34,965 nt of DNA from Candidatus Sericytochromatia bacterium (lineage in GTDB: Bacteria; Cyanobacteriota; Sericytochromatia; S15B-MN24; JAQBPE01), in contig JAYKHR010000055.1 in assembly GCA_035285125.1 (NCBI GenBank), positions 1-34,965 of the forward strand, in the 5' to 3' direction. Made by a program: the position numbers and the translations under genes. This document shows positions 8,913-17,943 of the stretch, piece after piece. Every line of letters begins with the position of its first letter. Position 1 is the stretch's first letter. The notes below the pieces were generated by a model. It worked only from the letters and a program-made list of their open reading frames with translations, was not told the DNA's origin and searched no databases.

Positions 8913-9107
8913 ATGACGACGAAGCTGCAGATCGACGGCATGAGCTGCGACCACTGCGTCCGGGCCGTGAAGCAGGCACTGGAGGGTGTGGCGGGCGTGG
9001 CGCGCGCCGAGGTCACGGTCGGCGCGGCCGACGTCGAGGGCGAGGCCGCCCCCGACGCGCTGCTGGCCGCGCTCGACGCCGAGGGCTACGCGGCGCGCGT
9101 GGCCTGA
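8913..9107 (+). CDS. copZ: CopZ-like HMA copper chaperone
   Basis: IDGMSCDHCV motif and C-terminal GY; 64 aa; GGAGG RBS. Confidence 0.9.
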   Translation: MTTKLQIDGMSCDHCVRAVKQALEGVAGVARAEVTVGAADVEGEAAPDALLAALDAEGYAARVA

Positions 9108-9111
9108 GGGC

Positions 9112-9993
9112 CTAGCGCCCCGGGCCCCCGACGGCCTTCGCGATCGCCGTGAGGGCGTGCTCCGCGAGGCGCGGCAGCCGCGGGGCGAGATCGTCGAGCG
9201 ACACCACGCCGGCCACCCGGCGGCCGTCGAGCACGGCGATCCGCCGGACGCGGTGGTGCTCCATCAGGCGGACGGCCTCCTCCACCGGCATCTGTGGCGC
9301 CACCCACACCACCTCCGGCGTGCAGACGTCCCCGGCCGTGACCTTCTCCGGGTCCTGCCCCTGCCCGAGCACCCGCACCGCGAGGTCGCGATCCGTCACG
9401 ACGCCCACCATGCAATCCTCGCGCACCACCGGCAGCCAGCCGACGCCCCGCTCGCGCATCAGGCGGGCCGCCTGGATGGCGCTGGCCTCGGCCGCCACCG
9501 TCACGGGGGCAGGGTGCATCACGCCGGAGACGGGCTGCTCGGCCTGCCCCCGCAGCGCGTCGGCCGGCTGCCGAACGACCATCACGGCCCCCGGCCAGCG
9601 GTGGACAAGGGCGTCCGAGACGCTGCCGAGCAGGAACCGCCCCACGCCGCCACGCCCGTGGCTGCCCACCACGATGAGCGCCGGCTTGAGCTCCTCAGCC
9701 AGGGCGAGCAGCTCCATCACCGGGTCTCCCTCGCGCACCACGCCGTGGGCCTCGATGCCCGCCGCCACCAGCGCCGCGAGCGCGGCGTCGAGGTCCTTGC
9801 GGGCGGCCTGGCGCATGTCGCGGTACGCAGGTTCGTACGAGACGCCGTACACGCGCGGATCCTCGAGCATGGCAATCACCGGCGCGACCACCGCCACGTG
9901 GACCTGCGCCCCCCCCAGCGGCAGCGTGCGGATGGCCTCTTTCAGGGCATGCCAGGCGCTGGCAGAGCCGTCCGTCGCGATGAGAACTCGCAT
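9112..9993 (-). CDS. Universal stress protein fused to a CBS-domain pair
   Basis: VLIATDGS...LIVVGSHGRGGVGRFLLGSVS (USP), then VGWLPVV..VGVVTDRDL and VRRIAV..GVVSLDDL (CBS). Confidence 0.88.
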   Translation of the reverse strand: MRVLIATDGSASAWHALKEAIRTLPLGGAQVHVAVVAPVIAMLEDPRVYGVSYEPAYRDMRQAARKDLDAALAALVAAGIEAHGVVREGDPVMELLALAEELKPALIVVGSHGRGGVGRFLLGSVSDALVHRWPGAVMVVRQPADALRGQAEQPVSGVMHPAPVTVAAEASAIQAARLMRERGVGWLPVVREDCMVGVVTDRDLAVRVLGQGQDPEKVTAGDVCTPEVVWVAPQMPVEEAVRLMEHHRVRRIAVLDGRRVAGVVSLDDLAPRLPRLAEHALTAIAKAVGGPGR

Positions 9994-10050
9994 CTCGCCC
10001 TCCTTCAGCCCCTCGGGGGCGAGGCCATCATAGGGGGCGGGCCACCTCCC

Positions 10051-11415
10051 TCAAGGCGACGGGCGGGGGTCGTGGGCCATCGTGGGGGGCCGCAGGCGCA
10101 GGTACACCCGCCACGAGAGCGGGGCCTCGCCGTAGCCGGGCACGAGGTCGGTGGGCACAGCCAGGCTGGTGGCGTCGCCACCGATCGCAAGGTCCAGCGC
10201 GTCGCTCCAGTCGAGGTCGCGGGCCAGGCCCACGGTGAAGGCCCCGACGCGCTTCACGCCGTGCGGCTCCGCGCCGGGCAGCCCGGCCTTGTCCAGCCAC
10301 TCGGCCCGCCCGTACAGGTGGGTGGCCCCGAAGTCGTACTGGCTCTCCAGCCCCCAGCCCAGCAACGGCCGGCGCGTCCCGTCGTGCGCCTCGACCTGGT
10401 GGCTCCAGAGGGCCGTGGTGGACCACAGGCCGCCCGGCACCGGCTGAGCCACCATCGCGGAGGCCGTGGTGCGCTCGACGTCGCCCGGCGCGAGCGGCTC
10501 GGGGTCGCGCAGCCGCGCCGTCGAGGCCTGCAGCACCCAGCGCGGATCAGGCACCCAGCTCAGGCGCGCCGCCCAGGCGTCGAGCGGCCGCAGCACCACG
10601 CCCACGCGGTCCTCGTCGGGCTCGCGGCCGTTGAAGGCCGAGCCCTCCAGCCGCCACTCCCCCAGCCCCAGCCCCGCCGTGACGACTCCGTGGCTGATGT
10701 GGGTGGCGTCTTGCAGGTGGTGGCCGAGGGGCGCCCAGGCGTTGTCCGCCGCCGAGGGCCGGTGCATGAACGCCACGGGGCCGAGCGCCGGCTCCCCCAC
10801 GAGGCCCCCGTACACGAACAGGCTGGCCTGCTCCGCCAGCGCCCACGTGTAGCGGGCCGACAACTCGGCGAGCGCATCATGGGGGTGCTGGCGGTCCACC
10901 AGGGGGCGCCCCTGCCAGGTCTCCCCCGTCTGGAAGAGCTGCGGCGTGCCGCCGGGAGGCAGGCTCCAGGGCTCCAGGCTGGTCATCAGCCGCAGGTCCA
11001 TCAGACCAGGCCCGACCGCGCCCGAGCCCATCAGCATCTGCCAGTTCTCGGCGGCCCAGGCCTCGGCCCCGCGGGGCCCGGCCTGGCGATTCAGGCCGGC
11101 CACGAGGTTGCCATGGAGCATCCAGAGCCAGCTGCCGGCGGGCATCGCCCACATCCGCATGGGGCTCGTCGCGGGCAGCACCCCCGTGCCGGACCCCATG
11201 GCCCGCGCGCGCTGCATCAGGGCGTGGTGACCATGGCCGAGCGCGGCGGCCTCGTGGCCGTCGAACGCCCCGACCGAGGCGGAGGGCCGCGTCGGGCGGT
11301 GGTGCTCCAGCCGGTCATCCCCCGGCCGCGGCACGTGCCCCGGCCGCGCGTGCGCCTCCCAGGCCGGCAGCCCCACCAGCAGCGCGGCCGCCAGGCCCGC
11401 GAGCAACCTCCCCAT
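10051..11415 (-). CDS. Uncharacterised exported Met/His-rich protein, probable outer-membrane beta-barrel
   Basis: Signal peptide, His-rich segment, GSGT..P..SPM, DRQHPHD, FMHRPSA and HHLQDATH motifs, many alternating amphipathic strands; TGATG overlap with the copA stop. Confidence 0.7.
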   Translation of the reverse strand: MGRLLAGLAAALLVGLPAWEAHARPGHVPRPGDDRLEHHRPTRPSASVGAFDGHEAAALGHGHHALMQRARAMGSGTGVLPATSPMRMWAMPAGSWLWMLHGNLVAGLNRQAGPRGAEAWAAENWQMLMGSGAVGPGLMDLRLMTSLEPWSLPPGGTPQLFQTGETWQGRPLVDRQHPHDALAELSARYTWALAEQASLFVYGGLVGEPALGPVAFMHRPSAADNAWAPLGHHLQDATHISHGVVTAGLGLGEWRLEGSAFNGREPDEDRVGVVLRPLDAWAARLSWVPDPRWVLQASTARLRDPEPLAPGDVERTTASAMVAQPVPGGLWSTTALWSHQVEAHDGTRRPLLGWGLESQYDFGATHLYGRAEWLDKAGLPGAEPHGVKRVGAFTVGLARDLDWSDALDLAIGGDATSLAVPTDLVPGYGEAPLSWRVYLRLRPPTMAHDPRPSP

Positions 11416-13709
11416 CAGGCCCCTCCCCTCGGCGGCTCGAAGCGGCGCAGCCGCAGGGCGTTGAGCACCACACAGACGGAGCTGGCGGCCATCGCGCCGC
11501 TGGCGATGGCCGGCGAGAGGAGCTGGCCCGTCCACGGGTACAGCAGGCCCGCCGCCACGGGCAGCGCGGCGACGTTGTAGCCGAAGGCCCAGCCCAGGTT
11601 CTGGCGGATGTTCGCGAGCACGGCCCGGGACAGCGCGACGGCAGCCACCACGCCGCCGAGCCCGCCCGACAGCAAGGTGACGTCCGCGGCCTCGATCGCC
11701 ACGTCGGTGCCGGTGCCAACGGCCAGCCCGACCTCGGCGGCGGCCAGGGCCGGGGCGTCGTTCACGCCGTCGCCCACCACCGCCACGCGCCGGCCCGCGG
11801 CCTGCAGGGCCCGCACGTGCGCGGCCTTCTCGGCGGGCCGCACCTCGGCGAACACCCGCTCGATGCCCAATGCCGCCGCCACGGCGCGGGCGGTGCGGGC
11901 GCGGTCCCCCGTCAGCATCGCCACCTCCAGCCCCTGCGCGCGCAAGGCGCGGACGACGGCGGCCGCCTCGGGCTTCGGCGCATCGGCGATCGCCAGCACG
12001 CCCCGCACGCCCCCCTCGTCCGCCACGATCACCGGCGTCTTGGCGGCGTCGGCCAGGGCATCCAGCCAGGCCGCCACGGGCGCCGGGTCAAGGCCGGCCT
12101 CGCGCACGAAGGCCTCCGTGCCGAGCCACGTGCGCCGCCCCGCCACCCGGCCCCGCACGCCTGCCCCGGGCACGGCCTCGAAGCCCTCGGCGGCGGGCAA
12201 CGCCAGCCCCTGCTCCCGAGCCGCGCGCACCACGGCCGCGGCGAGGGGGTGCTCCGAGCCCACCTCCAGCGCCGCCGCCACGGCCAGCAGGGCCTCCGCC
12301 GAGCCCCCGCCGACGGGCAGCACGTCCGTGACCTCGGGGGCGCCGCGCGTGAGCGTGCCGGTCTTGTCGAAGAGCACCACGTCGGTGCGGGCGAGCCCCT
12401 CCAGGGCGGCGGCGTCCTTGAACAGCACGCCGAGCGCCGCGCCGCGCCCGGCGCCGACCATGATCGAGGTGGGTGTGGCGAGGCCCATCGCGCAGGGGCA
12501 GGCCACGATCAGCACGGAGACGGCAGCCAGCGTCGCCAGGCCCAGCGCCTGCGGGGGGCCGGCGACGAGCCAGCCGACGAACGTCACGGCGGCGAGCGCC
12601 AGCACCACGGGCACGAAGACGGCCACCACGCGGTCCGCGTGGCGCTGGATCGGGGCCCGGGAGCCCTGCGCCGCCTCGACGAGGCGCACGATCTGGGCGA
12701 GGGCGGTGTCCGCGCCCACCCGCCGGGCCTCCATGACGAACGTGCCATGCTGGTTGACGGTGGCGCCGACCACCTCGTTCCCGGGGCCGCAGGCGACGGG
12801 CTGGCTCTCGCCCGTGAGCATCGACTCGTCGAGGTGCGAGGCGCCCTCGACCACCACGCCGTCCACCGGCACCCGCTCGCCCGGCCGCACGCGCAGGCGA
12901 TCGCCCACCATCACCTCCGCCACGGGCAGCTCGACCTCCTCGCCGGAGGCCGCCAGCCGGCGGGCCCGCGCGGGCGTGAGGGCGAGCAGCGCGCGGATGG
13001 CGCTGCTCGCCCGGCCGCGCGCCACGGCCTCGGCATGGCGGCCCGTGAGGATGAGCGCCACGATGGCCGCCGCGGCCTCGTAGTAGACGTCCGGCCGCAG
13101 GCCTCGGGCGAGGTAGGCCCCGGGCCACAGCGTCGCGGCCAGGCTCGCCGCGAAGGCCGCCCCCGTGCCGAGCGCCACCAGCGTGTCCATCGTGGCCGTG
13201 CCGTGGCGCGCCGCCCGCCACGCGGTGCCGAAGAAGGGGGCCCCCACGCCGAACACCAGCGGCGCCGTGAGGGCCAGCTGCCACCACGGGGCGTGCAGCC
13301 ACGCCGGGGCAGCGGCCCCCCACGGCCCGTGCAGCGCCATGGCCCCCCCGACCACGGGCGCCGCAAGCAGCCAGGCCAAGGCCAGGCGCCGCCGCGAGGC
13401 CGCCAGCTCGGCGGCCTGCCGCCCGGCCTCGGCGTCGGCGGCCGCCGCGGCATCGGCTGGCGGCGCCCATGGTGTGGCCTCGTAGCCGGCGCCGGTCACG
13501 ACGGCCGCCAGCCCCTCGGCCGTCACGGCCCCGGGCTCGGCGAGCACGCGGGCGCGCTCCGCCGCCAGGTTCACGGTGGCCTCCCGCACGCCCGGCGCGC
13601 GGCGCAGCGCGCGCTCCACGCGCCCCACGCACGCGGCGCACGTCATCCCGCGCACGGCGAGCGTGAAGGTGTCGGCGGGCGCAAGCGCCGCCTGGGGGGC
13701 ATCGGGCAT
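11415..13709 (-). CDS. copA: Cu(I)-translocating P1B-1 ATPase
   Basis: GMTCAAC HMA domain, [26 protein letters not shown] and MAASS motifs. Confidence 0.95.
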   Translation of the reverse strand: MPDAPQAALAPADTFTLAVRGMTCAACVGRVERALRRAPGVREATVNLAAERARVLAEPGAVTAEGLAAVVTGAGYEATPWAPPADAAAAADAEAGRQAAELAASRRRLALAWLLAAPVVGGAMALHGPWGAAAPAWLHAPWWQLALTAPLVFGVGAPFFGTAWRAARHGTATMDTLVALGTGAAFAASLAATLWPGAYLARGLRPDVYYEAAAAIVALILTGRHAEAVARGRASSAIRALLALTPARARRLAASGEEVELPVAEVMVGDRLRVRPGERVPVDGVVVEGASHLDESMLTGESQPVACGPGNEVVGATVNQHGTFVMEARRVGADTALAQIVRLVEAAQGSRAPIQRHADRVVAVFVPVVLALAAVTFVGWLVAGPPQALGLATLAAVSVLIVACPCAMGLATPTSIMVGAGRGAALGVLFKDAAALEGLARTDVVLFDKTGTLTRGAPEVTDVLPVGGGSAEALLAVAAALEVGSEHPLAAAVVRAAREQGLALPAAEGFEAVPGAGVRGRVAGRRTWLGTEAFVREAGLDPAPVAAWLDALADAAKTPVIVADEGGVRGVLAIADAPKPEAAAVVRALRAQGLEVAMLTGDRARTARAVAAALGIERVFAEVRPAEKAAHVRALQAAGRRVAVVGDGVNDAPALAAAEVGLAVGTGTDVAIEAADVTLLSGGLGGVVAAVALSRAVLANIRQNLGWAFGYNVAALPVAAGLLYPWTGQLLSPAIASGAMAASSVCVVLNALRLRRFEPPRGGA

Positions 13710-13807
13710 CGGGCTCTCCTCGGCCCGCTCATCGTAGCAGGTCGGGCCGCGCCATGATGCGCACCGGCAGCCGTCGCCGCCACATCACGGCGCCGGGGGG
13801 CCCCGGC

Positions 13808-13816
13808 TGGTATGCT
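13808..13816 (+). promoter_or_regulatory. Extended -10 (TGG TATGCT) of a probably leaderless MFS transcript
   Basis: Hexamer ends 6 nt before ATG 13823; no Shine-Dalgarno. Confidence 0.5.
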
Positions 13817-13822
13817 CGTCAG

Positions 13823-15316
13823 ATGCCCACCGCGTCCCCGCGCCCGACCCTCGTGATGAGCGGCGTCTTCCTCGCCGTCTTCCTCGCCTCGCTGAACCAG
13901 ACCACCGTGACGACGGCGATGCCCAGCATCGTTGCGGCGATGGGGGGGCTCGACCTCTACGCCTGGGTGTTCACGGCCTTCATGCTGACCTCGACGGTGT
14001 CGGTGCCGATCCTCGGCAAGCTCTCGGACCTGCATGGCCGCCGCGTGGTGTTCCTCTTCGGCATCGTGCTCTTCCTGGGCAGCTGCCTGGTGGCCGGGTT
14101 CGCCACCTCCATGACCCAGCTGGTGGTGGTGCGGGCCGTGCAGGGCCTCGGGGCAGGGGCCATCTTCCCCGTCGCCTTCGCGATCGTCGGCGACCTGTAC
14201 CCCCCGCACGAGCGCGCCCGCGTGCAGGGGCTCATCGGGGCCGCCTTCGGGGCCTCCAGCCTGCTCGGCCCCGTGGTGGGGGGCTGGCTGACGGAGCACC
14301 TCGGGTGGCGCTGGTCCTTCTGGGCGAACGTGCCCGTGGGGCTCGTCGCGCTGGCCGTGGTGGCGGCCACCTTGCCCGGCAGCCCGCGCGAGGGACCGCG
14401 GCGGCCGCTCGACTGGGCCGGCGCCTGGCTGCTCGTCGGCGCGCTGACACCCCTGCTGCTGCTCGCCAGCCTCGGCGGCAAGCACCTGCCGTGGACGAGC
14501 CCCGCCACGCTCGGGCTGGCCGGGCTCGGGCTCGGGCTCGGGGCCTGGTTCTGGCGCGTGGAGCGGCGGGCCGTTGAGCCCATCGTGCCCCCCACGCTGT
14601 TTCAGCAGCCCGTGATGGCCGTGATCGCGACCGCCTCGGTCTTCACAGGCGTGCTGCTGTTCAGCGACACCATGTTCTTGCCCCTCTTCGCCCAGGGCGT
14701 GCTGGGCCTCGGCCCCACGCGCGCCGGGCTGGTGCTGACGCCCTTCATGCTGGGCATGGTCGGTGGCTCCACCCTGAGCGGCCACCTGGCCTCCTCCGGC
14801 GTGCGCACGCGGCTGCTGGCCGCAGGCGGCCTCGGCCTGGCAACGGCCGCCACCGTCGGGCTGCTCGGCGCCACCGTGGGCGGGCTGGGGGCCGGCTGGA
14901 TCGCGGGCATCGCCTGTGGGATCGGGCTTGGGCTGGGCAGCACGTTCCCGGTCTTCCTGCTCGCGGCCCAGAACGCGGCGCCGCCCGGCCAGCTGGGCTC
15001 CGTGACGGCGCTGGTGCAGTTCTTCCGAAGCATCGGCGGCACCTTCGGCGTGGCCGTGCTCGGCGCGGCGCTGAGCTGGCACCTCGACGCGAGCCTCGCC
15101 ACGGGCCTGCCCAACATGGCCCCGGCCGAGCGACCCGCGCCGCAGGCCCTGCTCACGCCGGCCGGCCTGGCTGGCCTCTCCCCGGACCTTGCCAGCGCCG
15201 TGCGCCAGGCCCTGCAGCAGGCGCTGGCCTGGATCTTCAGCTACGGCATCGTCATCGCCGCGGTCGGCTGGGCCGTCGCGGCGCGGCTGCCCGAGCCCCG
15301 GCCCGAGCCCCGCTGA
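13823..15316 (+). CDS. DHA2 (14-TMS) MFS drug efflux transporter
   Basis: LNQTTVTTAMP, GKLSDLHGRR (motif A), RAVQGLG, GPVVGGWL, WRWSFWANVPVG. Confidence 0.92.
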   Translation: MPTASPRPTLVMSGVFLAVFLASLNQTTVTTAMPSIVAAMGGLDLYAWVFTAFMLTSTVSVPILGKLSDLHGRRVVFLFGIVLFLGSCLVAGFATSMTQLVVVRAVQGLGAGAIFPVAFAIVGDLYPPHERARVQGLIGAAFGASSLLGPVVGGWLTEHLGWRWSFWANVPVGLVALAVVAATLPGSPREGPRRPLDWAGAWLLVGALTPLLLLASLGGKHLPWTSPATLGLAGLGLGLGAWFWRVERRAVEPIVPPTLFQQPVMAVIATASVFTGVLLFSDTMFLPLFAQGVLGLGPTRAGLVLTPFMLGMVGGSTLSGHLASSGVRTRLLAAGGLGLATAATVGLLGATVGGLGAGWIAGIACGIGLGLGSTFPVFLLAAQNAAPPGQLGSVTALVQFFRSIGGTFGVAVLGAALSWHLDASLATGLPNMAPAERPAPQALLTPAGLAGLSPDLASAVRQALQQALAWIFSYGIVIAAVGWAVAARLPEPRPEPR

Positions 15317-15358
15317 GCGCGTCCCCGCAGCCTGGCGAGCCAGGCACAGGTCAAAATT

Positions 15359-15380
15359 AGACATTTTTTATAAAATGTCT
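15359..15380. promoter_or_regulatory. AT-rich palindromic operator candidate
   Basis: AGACATTTT-TTAT-AAAATGTCT, perfect 9-bp arms, about 90 nt upstream of ORF 15473. Confidence 0.55.
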
Positions 15381-15472
15381 GTTAAATATCGAAAGCCCAG
15401 GGTCCCTGCCCCGGACAACCTCCTTGCGGGTCGCGTCGGACCCGCCCCGGAGACCCGAGGAAGGAGCCCCCG

Positions 15473-15958
15473 ATGCCCTCAGCCGCGCCCACCCGCCGGT
15501 CCCCCCCTTCGCCCGCGGCCCGGGCCGCCCTGGTAGCCGTCGCGCAGGCCGCAGCTCCCGTGCAGGCCCTGCTCAGCGACCGTGCCCCCGGGTTGCTGGC
15601 CGCCCTCGCCGCCCTGGAGGCCCACCCCGGGAGCGACGCGGAGGTGCGCACGACGCTGCAGGCCACGATGGCCGAGCTGCAACGCATTACCCCCGGCGCA
15701 GCCTCCCGGGAGGCCCTCGCCGCCCTGCGCGGGGTCCTGATGGAGGCCGGCACGGCCCTCGGCCGGCCGCCCGCGCGCCCCGCCGCCCGGCCAGCCCCGG
15801 CCCGGCCCGTGGTGCACCGTCCGGCCCCGCGGCCCCGGCCGACGGCCTGGGCGCGCCTCGCGGGCCTGGTGGTCGCCCTCGTCCCCGTGCTTACGTGCAC
15901 CAGCCCCAGCCAGGTCGTCTGCGCCGCCGGCCTCGGCCTGCTCGCCCGGGCGCGCTGA
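15473..15958 (+). CDS. Hypothetical helical protein with C-terminal hydrophobic segments
   Basis: AAGGAG RBS; Ala/Leu-rich helices, Pro linker, TM-like C-terminus. Confidence 0.65.
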   Translation: MPSAAPTRRSPPSPAARAALVAVAQAAAPVQALLSDRAPGLLAALAALEAHPGSDAEVRTTLQATMAELQRITPGAASREALAALRGVLMEAGTALGRPPARPAARPAPARPVVHRPAPRPRPTAWARLAGLVVALVPVLTCTSPSQVVCAAGLGLLARAR

Positions 15959-15997
15959 GCGCCCGTCCCCCCCCACACACACCGAAAGGAGCGCCCC

Positions 15998-16567
15998 ATG
16001 ACCCCGAGCCCCGACCGCCTTCCCCCCGCCCCGGCCCCCGGCCCCCGCTGCGTGCCACCGCAGCCCCGCCAGGCCAGCCCCACCCCGGCCCCCGGCCCCT
16101 GCTGCGCGCCACCGCAGCCCCGCCAGGCAAGCCCCGCCCGGCCGGCCCGCGAGGCCGTGGCGAGGCCCCCGGTGCCCCGCGTGAGGCCCGCCCACCTCCC
16201 GCCCGTGCCGCCGCCGACGGGACGCCCGACGTGCGAGGACCGGCTGCACCTCTCGTCCGCAGGCTGGTGGGGGCGACCGGCCGGGCCGCCGGCCAAGGCC
16301 CCCACGGTGGTGGAGGTCACGCTGGAGCCTGCGGCGCCCGCGCCTGATGCCCCCGCCCCGACCCCGGAGCCCGAGGAAGCACCGCTCGCGCAGGTCGGCC
16401 GCAAGGCCACGAACGCGGCCCTCAACGCCGCCGCGGGCGTCGCAGCGGGCGGCCTGTTCGGGCTGCTCGCCGGGCTGGTCTCCCCCGGGCTCGGCGTCGC
16501 CGTGGGCCTCTTCACGGCCCTGACGGTGGCGACGGCAGGCGTGGAGTGGGTGAAGCGGCCAAGGTAG
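15998..16567 (+). CDS. Hypothetical Pro-rich protein with C-terminal Gly-zipper TM hairpin
   Basis: AAAGGAG RBS; AAAGVAAGGLFGLLAGLVSPGLGVAVGLF segment. Confidence 0.65.
   Translation: MTPSPDRLPPAPAPGPRCVPPQPRQASPTPAPGPCCAPPQPRQASPARPAREAVARPPVPRVRPAHLPPVPPPTGRPTCEDRLHLSSAGWWGRPAGPPAKAPTVVEVTLEPAAPAPDAPAPTPEPEEAPLAQVGRKATNAALNAAAGVAAGGLFGLLAGLVSPGLGVAVGLFTALTVATAGVEWVKRPR
16029..16135 (+). repeat. Two-copy 54-bp in-frame tandem repeat
   Basis: Units start at 16029 and 16083 and encode PAPGP(R/C)C(V/A)PPQPRQASP. Confidence 0.85.
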
Positions 16568-16608
16568 CGTCGCGCCCCGGGCGCGAGACCCTGCGCTCCG
16601 ATCGATCA

Positions 16609-16646
16609 GCCGACACCTCCCGGCCCAAGGGCCGGGAGGTGTCGGC
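16609..16646. terminator. Perfect 18-bp inverted repeat between convergent genes
   Basis: GCCGACACCTCCCGGCCC-AA-GGGCCGGGAGGTGTCGGC; no U-tract. Confidence 0.6.
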
Positions 16647-16670
16647 CTGAGCGCTCCTGACAGCCGCTCG

Positions 16671-17669
16671 CTAGCGGCCTGCCAGCGCGCCCCGGAAGAA
16701 GGCCCAGTACGCCTCGCCGAGCGCCGGCACGATGCCGTCGAGCTTGTGGCCCACGCCCGGGACGAGCCGGTACTCGTGCCAGAGCCCCAGCCGGTTCAGG
16801 TGCTGGTGGAAGGCCTCGTTGTCGGCCAGCGTGAAGTCCCGGTCGCCGATCACCACCCGGAGCTTGAGGCGGCCCGCCAGGCCGCGCGCCTGCCGCTCGG
16901 CCGTGCGCCAGGGGCTGAGCTGCTCGTAGTAAGCCATGTCGTTGCCAAAGGTGACGCTCAGCACGCCTGCCCGCAAGGTGGGGTTGCTGGTGGCCTTGGG
17001 GCCCTGGAACGCCAGGTCGAGCGGGCCAGCCGCGATCATCGAGACGGCGCCGAAGGTCCTGGCGTGCTCGAACCCGAGCCGGGCGGCGCCATAGCCCCCC
17101 ATGCTCATCCCTTCGATCAGGCGCCCCTCGCGCTGGGCCTGCGTGCGGAAGGTCTGGTCGATGTGGGGCACGAGCTCCTTGACCACGACCGTCTCCATCG
17201 GCGTCTTGCCGTCCTTCGAGTTGCTCCACATGCTGATGTCCTGGCCGTTGGGGAAGACCACCAGCATCGGCGGCAGCTTGCCGGCCCGGATGGCCCCGTC
17301 GACCTGCTCGGCCAGGAAGGGGATCGCGCTCGTGCCAGCGCCCGTGCCGTGCAGCCAGTACAGGACCGGGAAGCGCTGGCGCCGCAGCGGGTCGTAGGCC
17401 GCCGGCACGTAGACGTGGTAGCTGACGTGGCTGCCCGCGGCCTTGCTGTAGAAGGTCCGGAACTGGGTGCGGACCCCCTGGGCGGGCTCGGTCACCCAGC
17501 GGTTGCCGGCCGAGGACCTGGCCTGGCCGGCCCCGGTCGCCTGCAGCGCGTAGCCGTCCTGGTCGGCAAGCACCGGGCGGGTCGTCAGCGTGGCCGCCGG
17601 GGTGAGGCCGCAGGCCGTGGTGTTCAGCGAGGCCACCAGGGCGAGGGCCGCTTGCTTCAGGTTCCGCAT
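16671..17669 (-). CDS. Exported alpha/beta-hydrolase (esterase, CE1-like)
   Basis: FPVLYWLHG, GMSMGGYGA nucleophile elbow, GDRD, PGVGH; N-terminal signal with Cys; AGGAGG RBS. Confidence 0.88.
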   Translation of the reverse strand: MRNLKQAALALVASLNTTACGLTPAATLTTRPVLADQDGYALQATGAGQARSSAGNRWVTEPAQGVRTQFRTFYSKAAGSHVSYHVYVPAAYDPLRRQRFPVLYWLHGTGAGTSAIPFLAEQVDGAIRAGKLPPMLVVFPNGQDISMWSNSKDGKTPMETVVVKELVPHIDQTFRTQAQREGRLIEGMSMGGYGAARLGFEHARTFGAVSMIAAGPLDLAFQGPKATSNPTLRAGVLSVTFGNDMAYYEQLSPWRTAERQARGLAGRLKLRVVIGDRDFTLADNEAFHQHLNRLGLWHEYRLVPGVGHKLDGIVPALGEAYWAFFRGALAGR

Positions 17670-17881
17670 CGTTCTCTCCTCCTACGTCGCGCGCCTTGGG
17701 GCTCGGGTGCGGCACGCTGGTAAGAAGATTGTGGGCGGGCGACCTTCCGGGGACCTTCCGCCCATGGCCCGCCGGGTTAACTTGTGGTGAAGCCGGTCAG
17801 GACAGGGCCTGGGGCGAGACGTCGACGGGCAGCCTGGCCCTTGGCGGCCACCAAGGGCCAGGCACGACGCGTCGGGGCGGC

Positions 17882-17915
17882 AAACGAAAGGGGCCGCCTC
17901 GCGTGAGGCGGCCCC
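17882..17915 (-). terminator. Intrinsic terminator
   Basis: 11-bp stem GGGGCCGCCTC/GAGGCGGCCCC followed on the minus strand by TTTCGTTT. Confidence 0.8.
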
Positions 17916-17943
17916 GGCCGGCTGGGCGTGAGCCCGCGCGGCG

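Noticed and set aside
8986..11580. Long alternative-frame ORFs (e.g. 8986-11580, 5871-8063, 11817-13757, 26298-28493, 31427-33355)
   Set aside because: Antisense or frame shadows of well-supported genes; Arg/Gly/Pro-rich translations expected when stop codons are rare at very high GC
8782..13709. Copper genes as a genomic island integrated at tRNA-Trp
   Set aside because: No integrase, no duplicated tRNA 3' end seen, and no obvious compositional shift
15360..15387. Possible dif site (GTCTGTTAAAT resembles the XerD arm TTATGTTAAAT)
   Set aside because: Two mismatches at the inner XerD positions and no ATAA-ending XerC arm at 6-bp spacing
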